From the NCBI GenBank assembly GCA_963819815.1, contig CAWFXL010000001.1:672001-736000 (forward strand): DNA of 64,000 nucleotides, given 5' to 3'. The notes under the pieces were generated by a model that was given only the letters and a program-made list of their open reading frames with translations, was not told the DNA's origin and searched no databases. A program made the translations under genes and the position numbers. Each line of letters begins with the position of its first letter. Within the stretch, counting starts at the first letter, position 1. Source of the stretch: an uncultured bacterium. GTDB taxonomy: Bacteria > Babelota > Babeliae > Babelales > Babelaceae. This document shows positions 9,085 through 19,138 of this stretch, one piece after another.

Positions 9085-9621
9085 AGTTTTTCCTCCATAG
9101 TATTATGTAATAAATGTAACATATCCATCATCAAACAAATTCTTCGTTAAAGTTTACATCCTTAGCTTCAAATCTACAGAATGTTTTTCTGTTGTCAACA
9201 GCTAAGGTCATAAGGTTTTGCTTCATCTCACATTTTGTGAACTTTTTATGCAACCTTATTAACCCTAGTATATCATTCACATTCTCGTAAGCAAAACCCC
9301 CCCCTCATGTTTGATAGTTTTACTGATTTGATCAAACGATCTTTAAACGTTTGAACGATTCTTTTTTCCACTCTTTCTTTACCCTTGGTAAGGTATAAAG
9401 CCTTCTACTAAAACATTCTAATCTTATACCGCATTTCTTGAGGTATTACAAGTATTTTCTTATAAAAGCCATTCTAATAGTGCACATCCTACCATATAGA
9501 GAGCAAATATACAATCTATCATTACTGTCACAATAACCTAGGTCCCAATGCACTGTCAAGAGTTAGCCTCATTTCCTTTTTACAATAGCAGGAAGTATTC
9601 ACTTTTATTCACATTCTTGCA

Positions 9622-9855
9622 TCAGTCAACACTTCTCACCTCTAGTAGGCCAGGAACTTCTTCCTTAAGACGCTGCTCTATACCCAGCTTAAGCGTATAA
9701 CGGGATAAGGGACAAGTTGCGCAGGCACCTATAAGACGTAATGAAACGATTCCCTCTTGATACGAGACAAGCTCTATGTCACCGCCATCCATTTGAATAG
9801 CAGGACGCATTTCATTAAGAAGCGCTTCAATTTTTATAAGCTCAGAAGAACTCAT
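9622..9855 (-). CDS. NifU-like (Nfu C-terminal domain) Fe-S carrier protein
   Basis: RPAIQMDGGDIELV...LIGACATCP...TLKLGIE. Confidence 0.9.
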   Translation of the reverse strand: MSSSELIKIEALLNEMRPAIQMDGGDIELVSYQEGIVSLRLIGACATCPLSRYTLKLGIEQRLKEEVPGLLEVRSVD

Positions 9856-9858
9856 CCC

Positions 9859-10218
9859 TTAGATTACCCATTCAAGCTTAGCCATCGAAGCAGTATCACT
9901 TGCACGACGCCCTAAGGGGATAATGCGGGTATAACCACCAGGACGATGAATATAGCGAGGAGCAATCTCAGTAAAGAGCTTTCCTACGACTGCCACATTA
10001 TACGGCAATATACTTTGCGCACGTCGACGGAATTCAAAGGTGTTACCTTTGCGAGCCAACGTAACTAGCTTTTCCGCCATACGCCTAACTTCACGCGCAC
10101 GCGCTTTCGTCGTGATAAGTTGACCCGTTTCAATTAACGTCAATACCTGATTACGGAGTAAAGCGCGTCTATGCGGGCCAGGAAGATTGAGTTTGCTTCG
10201 ACCTGATTGATGATTCAT
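9859..10218 (-). CDS. rplQ: 50S ribosomal protein bL17
   Basis: HRRALLRN...TTKARARE...RPGGYTRII. Confidence 0.96.
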   Translation of the reverse strand: MNHQSGRSKLNLPGPHRRALLRNQVLTLIETGQLITTKARAREVRRMAEKLVTLARKGNTFEFRRRAQSILPYNVAVVGKLFTEIAPRYIHRPGGYTRIIPLGRRASDTASMAKLEWVI

Positions 10219-10227
10219 TTTTCTACC

Positions 10228-11274
10228 TTACTGTTCTAAAAGTTTCCTAATATCATCTTCATTAATATTCATGCCAAAGGATAATCCGAAGGACTGCATA
10301 GCATCTTTGACCTCATTGAGAGACTTACGGCCAAAGTTTTTGATCTTAAGCCCTTCATCCTCAGAAAGATTCACTAAATCAATCACACGCTTAATCCCTG
10401 CATTAACAAGACAATTATGAGCACGTACTGACAGTTCAAGTTCATCAATAGGCTTAAGAAGGAGTTCAAGCGGAATCCCTTTCAATGGAGAATCCTCAAG
10501 AGACATTTTTGGTTTAACAGGCACATCTACCGGAATATGAGAAATTTCATTAAACGGAATCTCATCAGTTACCAGAAAATGTTCAAGTTGTGTCCTTAAT
10601 ACCGAAACGGCATAGTTCACTACCTCAACAGGTGCCATGGAACCGTTAGTCGAAACGGCAAGAGTAAGTTTATCATAGTCGATCTCTTTTCCCACACGCG
10701 TTTTTTCAACGTCGAAGGTAACTTTAGTCACCGGGGAGAATAATGCATCGATATGAATACGATTATCTTCTTGAAGTGCCATCCCAATAGGCCATTTTGC
10801 CGGGAGATATCCTCTGCCTGACTCAACAAAAAATTCAATAGAGAGTACCCCATCCTTTGCCACATGTGCAAGCACAAGATCCTTATTAATAATCTCAAGG
10901 TGTTTATCTGCCTCAATATCTGCAGCCGTTACCGTATGAGGGCCCGTAATGTTTAGTCGCATTGTTCCTGGCTGACCAGTACTATTGCTCACCACAAGTT
11001 GCTTGATATTCAGCACAAGTTGCATGGTATCTTCAACAACCCCCTGCAAAGGAGAAAATTCATTGTTCACTCCGTCAATAATAACTGAAGTAACAGATGA
11101 ACCTTCAATACCACCGAGCAATATACGACGTAACGCATTACCGAGTGTAATACCAAAGCCCGGCTCCAACGGTTGTGCAACGATTTCTGCAAAGGTTGCT
11201 TTCAACGTTTCTTTATTCCAACTTAATCGAGGTATCGTTAACGGTTGATATATTTTCTCTGACTTTTCTGGCAT
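10228..11274 (-). CDS. rpoA: RNA polymerase subunit alpha
   Basis: PLEPGFGITLGNALRRILL; IDALFSPV; alphaCTD ELSVRAHNCL...NFGRKSLNE. Confidence 0.97.
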   Translation of the reverse strand: MPEKSEKIYQPLTIPRLSWNKETLKATFAEIVAQPLEPGFGITLGNALRRILLGGIEGSSVTSVIIDGVNNEFSPLQGVVEDTMQLVLNIKQLVVSNSTGQPGTMRLNITGPHTVTAADIEADKHLEIINKDLVLAHVAKDGVLSIEFFVESGRGYLPAKWPIGMALQEDNRIHIDALFSPVTKVTFDVEKTRVGKEIDYDKLTLAVSTNGSMAPVEVVNYAVSVLRTQLEHFLVTDEIPFNEISHIPVDVPVKPKMSLEDSPLKGIPLELLLKPIDELELSVRAHNCLVNAGIKRVIDLVNLSEDEGLKIKNFGRKSLNEVKDAMQSFGLSFGMNINEDDIRKLLEQ

Positions 11275-11341
11275 GCGTTTTCTCCTCACCTAGCCGGTTG
11301 GGCATCGTATTTCATTGTCTATTTTTACACCATTCATAAGA

Positions 11342-11363
11342 CCAGGGAGCAGAGCTCCCTTGG
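11342..11363 (-). other. Short hairpin in the rpsD-rpoA spacer
   Basis: AGGGAGC-AGA-GCTCCCT inverted repeat. Confidence 0.4.
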
Positions 11364-11371
11364 CACCTATA

Positions 11372-11980
11372 TTATTTAGAGTACAACTCAACAATAAGAT
11401 GTTCCTCAATAGGTGTTGTAATATCAGCACGCACAGGGAAACGTAATACACGCCCCTTACGATCATTTTTACTTAATTCTACCCAGTCAGGAACCTTAAT
11501 ACCCGTACTAAGTCGCTTATCGATTACTTCCTCAATGAACACTTTCTTCTCAAGAACCTTCGGCTTATATGAAATAACATCATTAATGCCTACTAAATAT
11601 GAGGGCGAGCTCACTTTCTTACCATTCACGATGACCAATCCGTGCACAATCGCTTGACGTGCTTGAGGACGTGTCGACGCCAATTTGAGACGATAAAGCA
11701 CATTGTCAAGACGACGCTCAAGCAAGCTCAAAAGACTCTCACCTGTAGCTGCTTCACTCTTGACGGCCATCTTAAAGATACGCTTAAACTGAGCCTCACG
11801 CATCCCGTACATCTTTTTAACTTTTTGTTTTTCTTGAAGCTGTTTACCATATTCTGACAGCTTCTTCATACTGGTTTTCTTTTTTTCAACTTTAGCACCG
11901 GCCTCAGCGTTCGCTCCGCCTGGGCGAGTGCCTGGACGAGCTGAACGAGGACCACCAGATTTCATTGTCTTTTTTTCCAT
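11372..11980 (-). CDS. rpsD: 30S ribosomal protein uS4 (atypical N-terminus)
   Basis: SEYGKQLQEKQK, LERRLDNVLYR, ARQAIVHG, LIVELYSK. Confidence 0.96.
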   Translation of the reverse strand: MEKKTMKSGGPRSARPGTRPGGANAEAGAKVEKKKTSMKKLSEYGKQLQEKQKVKKMYGMREAQFKRIFKMAVKSEAATGESLLSLLERRLDNVLYRLKLASTRPQARQAIVHGLVIVNGKKVSSPSYLVGINDVISYKPKVLEKKVFIEEVIDKRLSTGIKVPDWVELSKNDRKGRVLRFPVRADITTPIEEHLIVELYSK

Positions 11981-12004
11981 TGCATCAACCTTCGAATCTA
12001 TACC

Positions 12005-12388
12005 TTATACCCGACGTTTTTTCGCTGCACGTGTACCATTATGTGGTAAGGGTGTCACATCTCGTAAGATACTAATGTGCAAACCTGAACCCTGTAAAGC
12101 TCGAACCACCGCATCCCTACCTGAGCCCGGACCACACAGATTAACCTCCAGAGTTCTCACACCCAAATCACTCATCTCTTTTGCAAGAGTAGATCCTATC
12201 TGGGTAGCTGCAAAGGGGGTACTCTTACGTGATCCTTTAAATCCAAGAGCTCCCGCGCTCTTGCGTAAGAGGACATCACCATCTGTAGTGGTGATTGAAA
12301 CAAGCGTATTATTAAACGTTGAGGTAATATGCGCTACCGCATTCTCAACGTGACGCTTTGCTTTTTTCGACTTTTTCTTATAGGCCAT
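12005..12388 (-). CDS. rpsK: 30S ribosomal protein uS11
   Basis: STFNNT...GFKGSRKSTPFAA...DVTPLPHNG. Confidence 0.97.
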   Translation of the reverse strand: MAYKKKSKKAKRHVENAVAHITSTFNNTLVSITTTDGDVLLRKSAGALGFKGSRKSTPFAATQIGSTLAKEMSDLGVRTLEVNLCGPGSGRDAVVRALQGSGLHISILRDVTPLPHNGTRAAKKRRV

Positions 12389-12415
12389 AGGTAAATTCCT
12401 CAGGTAGTATCCGAA

Positions 12416-12808
12416 CTATTTCTTTGTCACCTTTTTCTTCAATGCAATAGCTGATCCAGCGCGTTTTGGACCCTTACGCGTACGTGCATTGGTTTTGGTT
12501 CGTTGTCCACGGGCGGGAAGTGATTTTTTGTGACGTGAGCCACGGTAGCTTCCAATATCCTGTAAACGCTTAATATTCAAACGAATCTCTTTGCGCAAAT
12601 CACCCTCAGTAAGGTAGCCTGCGGTCACTTCACTCTGAATTGCCGCAATTTCCTCATCAGAAAGATCTTTAACTCGCTTATCAAAGTTTATTTTAAGCTT
12701 CGTCAGAATGTCACGAGAGAGCTTGAGCCCTAAGCCAAATACGTAGGGTAATGCATACTCAATTCGTTTGTTATTAGGAAGATTAACTCCCTCAATTCGT
12801 GCTGCCAT
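12416..12808 (-). CDS. rpsM: 30S ribosomal protein uS13
   Basis: ARIEGVNLP...EGDLR...YRGSRH...[14 protein letters not shown]. Confidence 0.97.
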   Translation of the reverse strand: MAARIEGVNLPNNKRIEYALPYVFGLGLKLSRDILTKLKINFDKRVKDLSDEEIAAIQSEVTAGYLTEGDLRKEIRLNIKRLQDIGSYRGSRHKKSLPARGQRTKTNARTRKGPKRAGSAIALKKKVTKK

Positions 12809-12818
12809 TTAGGTCCTC

Positions 12819-12935
12819 TTAGCCTTGTCGTTGCTTATGACGTGGGTTCGTTTTGCAAAGCACACGAACAACACGTTTGCGTTTAATAATTTCACAATCA
12901 CGACATATTTTTTTAACTGATGTTCTTACTTTCAT
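12819..12935 (-). CDS. rpmJ: 50S ribosomal protein bL36 (Zn-binding type); not in the ORF track
   Basis: Manual translation [38 protein letters not shown]. Confidence 0.96.
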   Translation of the reverse strand: MKVRTSVKKICRDCEIIKRKRVVRVLCKTNPRHKQRQG

Positions 12936-12950
12936 AGTACACCTTCTATA

Positions 12951-13181
12951 TTAATTTTTATACCGTAAAACAATACGCCCTCGCGTTAAGTCATACGGTG
13001 ATAGTTCTAAAGCTACTCTATCTCCAGGCAAAATACGGATGTAAAACATACGCATCTTTCCCGATACATGCCCCAATACTACGTGCCCACCCTCAATTTC
13101 CACACGAAACATAGCATTGGGCAACGTTTCTTTGACAATTCCATCTACGCGAATAACATCTTCCTTAGATTTCACAGTCAC
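12951..13181 (-). CDS. infA: Translation initiation factor IF-1
   Basis: LPNAMFRV...HVSGKMR...[17 protein letters not shown]. Confidence 0.97.
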   Translation of the reverse strand: MTVKSKEDVIRVDGIVKETLPNAMFRVEIEGGHVVLGHVSGKMRMFYIRILPGDRVALELSPYDLTRGRIVLRYKN

Positions 13182-13190
13182 TTTTTTTCC

Positions 13191-13940
13191 TTATAACCTT
13201 GTAATAATCTTTGGCCCCTGATCGGTTACAATCACCGTATCTTCCACATGAGCCGCCAAACTTTTATCAACCGTTTTCACTGTCCAGCCATCATCGTCTA
13301 CGTAGACATGGTAATCACCCATGGTAATCATCGGTTCTATAGCAAAAGCCATACCAGATTTAATTACCGGTCCACAGTCAACTTTTCCATAATTCAATAT
13401 CTCAGGGTCTTCATGCATCTTTTTACCAATACCATGCCCCGCAAATTCTCTTACTACGCCATAGCCATGACTTTCAACAACCTGCTGAATAGTGGCCGAG
13501 AGTGTTCCCAGCCGCTCCCCTTGGCGAGCACATTTAATGCCTTCATCAAGAGCTCCTTGTGCCGCTTCCAAAAATTTAGAAACCTCTTTCGAAGGGGTTC
13601 CTAGAAAAAAGGGTCGCGCCATATCAGCACAGTACCCATCATAGGAAGCACACACATCAACCTTTACTAGGTCACCTACTGTAAGTTTTGAGTTCTCAGC
13701 AGGGACTCCATGCACCACTTCATCATTAACCGAAATGCAACTTGCATGTCGATAGCCATGGTACCCTTTGGTACAGGATATCATCTTATTTTTTTGTGTA
13801 TACTGATCGATATAGCTATCTATCTGCAAGGTTGTCATACCCGGTTCAATCCAAATCTTAAGGATTTCAAAGAGCTCTGCAAGTAGTTTACCTGCAATCG
13901 CCATGCGTTCTTGCGCGTGACTATTTTTTATCGTTATCAT
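13191..13940 (-). CDS. map: Methionine aminopeptidase type I
   Basis: CISVNDEVVHGVP, GHGIG..MHEDP, AIEPMI, AHVEDT. Confidence 0.96.
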   Translation of the reverse strand: MITIKNSHAQERMAIAGKLLAELFEILKIWIEPGMTTLQIDSYIDQYTQKNKMISCTKGYHGYRHASCISVNDEVVHGVPAENSKLTVGDLVKVDVCASYDGYCADMARPFFLGTPSKEVSKFLEAAQGALDEGIKCARQGERLGTLSATIQQVVESHGYGVVREFAGHGIGKKMHEDPEILNYGKVDCGPVIKSGMAFAIEPMITMGDYHVYVDDDGWTVKTVDKSLAAHVEDTVIVTDQGPKIITRL

Positions 13941-14623
13941 GTGCGCATGAAACCTGTTGTTTCCAATAAGCGCTCATACACTTCTTCTAGGGGCATATGA
14001 GCCTGAACAACGCTCACCGGATGCCCAGACTTTTCATAAAACTCATGCAATCCCTTCTCATGCTCATGATAAATCCTTAGCCGCTCCATTATTGCAGACT
14101 CTTCATCATCAGTACGCCTTACTAAAGGACTACTACATTCATTACAAATATTTACCTGAGTAGGAGTATTTCCAGATCCCTTATGTAGGGAATAAACCAT
14201 CTGGCACGAATTATTTTGGCAAATAGACCGGGCTAATAAACGATAGACTAAATCTTCGTCAGGAATTACCAAGCGCACTAAATGCAATGTCATATCTCCA
14301 CGTGACTCCAAAAGCTCATGTAATGTCTCGGCTTGGGGCACTGTTCGGGGAAACCCATCAAATATTACCGTTTGACCTTTCATAGACTGAGCTAGCCACT
14401 CATCGACCATAGTCATCACAAGAGTGTCTGAAATTAGTTTACCAGATTTGATAGCAAAATCTATCTTCTTACCGATCTCAGTCCCTTGGGCTATATTTTC
14501 CCTGCAGAGATTCCCGGTAGATAACTGCTGCCAGCCAAGGCGCTTAATACATAACTGAGAAAGTGATCCCTTTCCAGCCCCAGGTGGGCCAAGGAACAGG
14601 ACAATATTTCTTTGAGTCTTCAA
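13937..14623 (-). CDS. adk: Adenylate kinase (Cys-containing LID)
   Basis: GPPGAGKG, LSTG, DGFPRT, RTDDEE; position between secY and map. Confidence 0.95.
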   Translation of the reverse strand: MKTQRNIVLFLGPPGAGKGSLSQLCIKRLGWQQLSTGNLCRENIAQGTEIGKKIDFAIKSGKLISDTLVMTMVDEWLAQSMKGQTVIFDGFPRTVPQAETLHELLESRGDMTLHLVRLVIPDEDLVYRLLARSICQNNSCQMVYSLHKGSGNTPTQVNICNECSSPLVRRTDDEESAIMERLRIYHEHEKGLHEFYEKSGHPVSVVQAHMPLEEVYERLLETTGFMRT

Positions 14624-15936
14624 CGTGTAACCTTACTTTTCATTCGTCCTGATGATAAGAAAGACCCATATTTATATTCAATTAAATAGGATTCTATCTG
14701 AGCCGAAGTCTCAAGAGCAACACCCACCATAATAAGAAGTGAAGTACCTCCAATAAAAATAGGCAAATGCAGCATCGTACCCAACAAGATAGCCGGGGCG
14801 ATCGCTAATAAACCTAAATAGATAGCTCCCACAAGACCTATACGGGTCAAAATATAATCAAAGTAATCGGCCGTCTGTTTCCCTGGACGAAGTCCCGGAA
14901 TAAAGCCACCACCCTTCTTCATATTATCAGCTAATTCCGTTGGATTGAAGGCGATAGCTGTGTAAAAGAAGGTAAAGAATATAATCAAACCAAATTCAAG
15001 TGCAAGATACAGTGCACCATTGCTTGAAAGTGCGTTAACTACTTTCTGAAGCCAAGGAACCCACCCGGCAAGTACCCCAATAAAAAAGGTGGGAATGTTC
15101 AAGAAGGACCCTGCAAAAATTACAGGCATCACCCCAGCAGTATTAATCTTAAAAGGTATGTAGGTACTCTGCCCACCATAGACGCGCTGTCCAATAATCC
15201 GTCGAGCATACTGCACAGGAATTTTGCGCTCACCTTTCTCAAGAAACACAATAAGACCCGCAATAACGATCAAGACAAGTATCGCTACGAGGGCTTTAAG
15301 CGGACTTACGGTAAACAGAGCCGCAAAACTTCTTGGAAAGGTGGCTACGATACCTGCAAAAATCAGCATCGAAGCTCCATTGCCTATACCAAAAAGAGAA
15401 ATTTGTTCGCCAAGCCACATCACAAACATCGCACCTGCAGTTAAGGAAAGAACAAACAGGAAAATAAAGCCGTACCCTGGAGATACGACCAATCCGGGCG
15501 TTTGAGTTGCATTTTGATGTAACAAGGCAAGCGCCATAGAAAGACTATAGCCAACAGCAAGGACAAGGGCTACATACCGAGTGTACTGGTTAATTAGGCG
15601 ACGTCCGTAGTCACCCTCTTTCATAAGAGCCTCCAATGAAGGAACGGTCATGCTCAACATCTGCATAATAATCGATGCAGTAATATAGGGACCAACTCCA
15701 AGGGAGAATATGGTACTTTGCGTCAGAGATCCCCCTGAAAATGTATCAAAGTAACTCAAAAAGCCCTTAAAAGCCGATTGTTTCGCCAAAAATTCTGTAA
15801 GCATGACGACATTAACCCCAATTGCAGGGATCATTCGTCCAATCATAAAGATAACAAGAACCCCTAAGGTAAATGCTATTTTCTTGGTGAGCTCAGGAAT
15901 CTTAAAAATGTTCGCAAAATTCATTAACAAAACCAC
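14620..15936 (-). CDS. secY: Preprotein translocase SecY
   Basis: FSLGVGPYITASII, WLGEQIS..GIGNG, AGVMPVIFA, FIPGLRPG, GGTSLLI. Confidence 0.97.
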   Translation of the reverse strand: MVLLMNFANIFKIPELTKKIAFTLGVLVIFMIGRMIPAIGVNVVMLTEFLAKQSAFKGFLSYFDTFSGGSLTQSTIFSLGVGPYITASIIMQMLSMTVPSLEALMKEGDYGRRLINQYTRYVALVLAVGYSLSMALALLHQNATQTPGLVVSPGYGFIFLFVLSLTAGAMFVMWLGEQISLFGIGNGASMLIFAGIVATFPRSFAALFTVSPLKALVAILVLIVIAGLIVFLEKGERKIPVQYARRIIGQRVYGGQSTYIPFKINTAGVMPVIFAGSFLNIPTFFIGVLAGWVPWLQKVVNALSSNGALYLALEFGLIIFFTFFYTAIAFNPTELADNMKKGGGFIPGLRPGKQTADYFDYILTRIGLVGAIYLGLLAIAPAILLGTMLHLPIFIGGTSLLIMVGVALETSAQIESYLIEYKYGSFLSSGRMKSKVTR

Positions 15937-15952
15937 AGCTTATCTCTCCTAT

Positions 15953-16450
15953 TTATGCAGCTTTCGAGCGAGCTTTTACCTTTTTCTTTTCAGCATCCAT
16001 CGATACTTTCTTTGGTTCAATGTGATGCACTTCGCCACCAGAATTCAATATACGGTCAGCAGCAGTTTTACTAAATTTATCTGCATGAACCACAAGCTTT
16101 TTCGATAAGGTACCGTCACCTAAAATTTTAAGAAGTCGACGACCACCTTTAATAAGACCCTTTTCAAAAAGAGCTTGTGCAGTAACTACCTCACCATGTT
16201 CAAAACGAACATCGAGCTCCTTGATATTTACTAATTCATAGGATGTTCTAAAGGGTGCATTATTAAACCCATGCTTAGGGAAACGTCTCGTAAGAGGCAT
16301 CTGGCCACCTTCGTATTGTGTACGAATTTTTGGTCCTGAACGAGCCTTTTGCCCTTTATGACCTTTACCTGAGGTACCACCTCGGCCACCGCTACGACCA
16401 ATACGTTTTCTTTTTTTCCCTGAGGACGTTAACGAATCTAGAGAAATCAT
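15953..16450 (-). CDS. rplO: 50S ribosomal protein uL15 (basic C-terminal extension)
   Basis: GRSGGRGGTSGKGHKGQKARSG...EGGQMPL.RRFPK. Confidence 0.96.
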   Translation of the reverse strand: MISLDSLTSSGKKRKRIGRSGGRGGTSGKGHKGQKARSGPKIRTQYEGGQMPLTRRFPKHGFNNAPFRTSYELVNIKELDVRFEHGEVVTAQALFEKGLIKGGRRLLKILGDGTLSKKLVVHADKFSKTAADRILNSGGEVHHIEPKKVSMDAEKKKVKARSKAA

Positions 16451-16451
16451 A

Positions 16452-16946
16452 TTATTCCTTTACCACTTCTTTAACTGATTTACCACGAAGGTGCGCTATA
16501 TGTTCAGCCGAACGAAGCTTTGCTAGTGCATTCAGGGTCGCTTTGACCAGATTTTGTCCACAGCCTGAAGTTCCAATCGATTTAGCAAGAACATCTTTAA
16601 TACCAAGCGCCTCCATAACTAAACGAACTGCACCACCCGCAATAACACCCGTACCTTTACAGGCTGAGTTGATAACTACGGTTGAAGCTCCATGCTTACC
16701 CATCACATTATAGGGTATCGTATCTCCACGCATGGAAACGGTAATCATATTTTTACGAGCCCGCATCGTAGCCTTAGCGATTGCCGCAGAAACTTCACGA
16801 CTCTTACCAAGCCCGATCCCAATACGACCCTTTTGGTCTCCCGATACTACAAACGCAGAGAAGGAAAATCGCTTTCCACCTTTTGTTACCTTGGTGACAC
16901 GATTGACGCTTACTACGTTATCTACAAAATCTTTTTGCTCTGCCAT
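16452..16946 (-). CDS. rpsE: 30S ribosomal protein uS5
   Basis: [15 protein letters not shown]...GTGVIAGG. Confidence 0.97.
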   Translation of the reverse strand: MAEQKDFVDNVVSVNRVTKVTKGGKRFSFSAFVVSGDQKGRIGIGLGKSREVSAAIAKATMRARKNMITVSMRGDTIPYNVMGKHGASTVVINSACKGTGVIAGGAVRLVMEALGIKDVLAKSIGTSGCGQNLVKATLNALAKLRSAEHIAHLRGKSVKEVVKE

Positions 16947-16962
16947 GCTCTTACCTTACTTG

Positions 16963-17316
16963 CTAAATGCGTAATCCACCTTCTCTCAACCCCTCTGCAA
17001 TCGCCGCAATGCGGCCATGATAGAGAAATCTTCCACGATCGAAAATAACCGACTCAATACCTGCTTTCAAAGCACGTTGCGCTAACTCTTTACCCACTTG
17101 ATGAGCACGCTCTTTCTTCGACCCTTTAAGCTCTTTAAGCTCAAGAGTTGAGCAGCTCACGATGGTCTTGTTATGCGCATCGTCTATGACTTGCGCATAA
17201 ATATTTCGTGCGCTCCTAAAGATCGATACTCGGGGAACTCCCGCATTTCTTACTTTACTTCGTACATGCAGCGCTCGTCTTTTCCGTGCTGCAGCTATTT
17301 TTTTGATTATTGACAC
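16963..17316 (-). CDS. rplR: 50S ribosomal protein uL18
   Basis: [17 protein letters not shown]...[11 protein letters not shown]. Confidence 0.96.
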   Translation of the reverse strand: MSIIKKIAAARKRRALHVRSKVRNAGVPRVSIFRSARNIYAQVIDDAHNKTIVSCSTLELKELKGSKKERAHQVGKELAQRALKAGIESVIFDRGRFLYHGRIAAIAEGLREGGLRI

Positions 17317-17340
17317 ATCTATCCTTTATGAGGTTTCTAT

Positions 17341-17877
17341 CTATGCTTTAGCTTTACCTGCTTTACGTCTAATTGTTTCATCGACGTACTTAATCCCTGT
17401 TCCTTTATACGGTTCTGGGGGGCGCAATGCACGTATATGACTACATACATGGCCTAATAAATCTTTATCAAATGAACTAAAGCTCAGCTTTTGGCCGGTT
17501 TTATCAACTTCCAAGGTAACCTCTTTGGGAAGCTCATAATCGATTTTATGGCTATAGCCCAATGAAAACTGTATTTTAGGTCCCTGAATGATCGCCTTAA
17601 AACCAAGGCCATTTATCTCTAATTTTTTAACAAACCCGGTATCAGCCCCAATAATTCTATTATTGATAAGCGCTCTATGTAGGCCCCAAAGTCTGTTGGT
17701 ATCACTCGTCTTACGCACGGCAGTGATACGAAGCATTTTATCTTCAATTTCAGCTTTTAGGTGATCATCAAGATGATACACACCACTCGCCTTTTTGCCC
17801 TTATAGTGGACTTCCTGGCCTTTAACCTCAACAGTTGTACCACCTAGAGGTATCGGTTTTCTTCCAATCTTTGACAT
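17341..17877 (-). CDS. rplF: 50S ribosomal protein uL6
   Basis: MSKIGRKPI...LGYSH...RPPEPYKGTGI. Confidence 0.97.
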   Translation of the reverse strand: MSKIGRKPIPLGGTTVEVKGQEVHYKGKKASGVYHLDDHLKAEIEDKMLRITAVRKTSDTNRLWGLHRALINNRIIGADTGFVKKLEINGLGFKAIIQGPKIQFSLGYSHKIDYELPKEVTLEVDKTGQKLSFSSFDKDLLGHVCSHIRALRPPEPYKGTGIKYVDETIRRKAGKAKA

Positions 17878-17888
17878 ACGTTCCTCCG

Positions 17889-18284
17889 TTACCAAACCGT
17901 GCAGAGTAATTCACCGCCAACAGAAAGACTGCGAGCTTTCTTATTTGACATAACTCCACGATTTGTCGTCACAATTGAAATCCCTAAATTACCAATAACT
18001 GGCTTCATAGAACCAAATCCATAGTACTGACGCAAACCGGGAGTACTCACGCGGTCAATTTCATGAATCACTGACTCACCTTTAACGTACTTAAGACCAA
18101 TAACAAGATTTTTTTTCGTCGCATCAAGGTCTATTACATTCACGTGACGAATAAATCCTTCATCAAGAAGTACCTTAGCTATCTCATGCTTTAAACGAGA
18201 ATATGGCGCGGTTACTTCACGCTTGCCAACCATTACTCCATTACGGATGATGGTGAGAAAATTTCCTACTGCATCTACTGACAT
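17889..18284 (-). CDS. rpsH: 30S ribosomal protein uS8
   Basis: LTIIRN...RVSTPGLR...GGELLCTVW. Confidence 0.96.
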   Translation of the reverse strand: MSVDAVGNFLTIIRNGVMVGKREVTAPYSRLKHEIAKVLLDEGFIRHVNVIDLDATKKNLVIGLKYVKGESVIHEIDRVSTPGLRQYYGFGSMKPVIGNLGISIVTTNRGVMSNKKARSLSVGGELLCTVW

Positions 18285-18299
18285 GTTCAGCCCTTTACC

Positions 18300-18482
18300 T
18301 TACCAACTTGTTTTCTTCACACCAGGTAACACGCCCTTAAGAGCAAGTGTCCTGAAACAGAGACGACACAGTTCAAACATACGTATAAACCCTCGAGGTC
18401 GTCCACAGAGCTTACATCTATTTCTCTTTCTTACCGCAAACTTTGGGTGCATCGATTTTTCAATTAGTGCTTTACGAGCCAT
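18300..18482 (-). CDS. rpsN: 30S ribosomal protein uS14 (Zn-binding, short type)
   Basis: RCKLCGRPR...LCRLCFR...LPGVKKTSW. Confidence 0.96.
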   Translation of the reverse strand: MARKALIEKSMHPKFAVRKRNRCKLCGRPRGFIRMFELCRLCFRTLALKGVLPGVKKTSW

Positions 18483-18485
18483 TTT

Positions 18486-19106
18486 TTATGATTCCTTCCT
18501 AAAAGGCATTCCAAAACTTCTTAAGAGCTCTCTGGCCTGCTCATCAGAGTCAGTTGAGGTATGAATCGTAATATTCATACCAAACGTTTTTTCCACATTC
18601 GTATCAACTTCAGGGAAAATAGACCACTCTTTTATACCCACATTATAGTTTCCACGTCCATCTAACTTTGTTGGCAACCCCTGGAAATCACGAACTTTAG
18701 GTAATGCCAAATTAACAAACTTATCAAGAAATACATACATCTGACGGCCGCGCAGGGTTACACAGGTTCCAATAGCCATACCCTCACGAATCTTAAATCC
18801 TGCAATAGACTTTGTCGCCTCAGTCTTAACCGACTTTTGCCCTGCAATATTATCGAGCGTTTTCATCACCGTGGCAAGCACTTTACTATCACTCACAGCC
18901 TCCTTGACCCCAACGTTGATCACAATTTTTAAGAGGCGAGGAACTTGCATGATATTACTCAGCCCAAATTTTTTCTGTAAGGCGGGGCGTATCGTCTCTA
19001 CATACGTAACTCCAAGGCGGGCCTTAGAATCAGATGAAGAAGTCGCGGCTTTAGGAGCCTTTGCCTTCGTAGCCTGTGTCGCTGTTTTTTGAGTAACCGT
19101 TGCCAT
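18486..19106 (-). CDS. rplE: 50S ribosomal protein uL5 with Ala/Thr/Lys-rich N-terminal extension
   Basis: MQVPRLLKIVIN...SIAGFKIREG...LPKVRDFQG...FGMPF. Confidence 0.96.
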   Translation of the reverse strand: MATVTQKTATQATKAKAPKAATSSSDSKARLGVTYVETIRPALQKKFGLSNIMQVPRLLKIVINVGVKEAVSDSKVLATVMKTLDNIAGQKSVKTEATKSIAGFKIREGMAIGTCVTLRGRQMYVFLDKFVNLALPKVRDFQGLPTKLDGRGNYNVGIKEWSIFPEVDTNVEKTFGMNITIHTSTDSDEQARELLRSFGMPFRKES

Positions 19107-19138
19107 CAATAATCCTTATTGTATTTCTTACTACAAAC

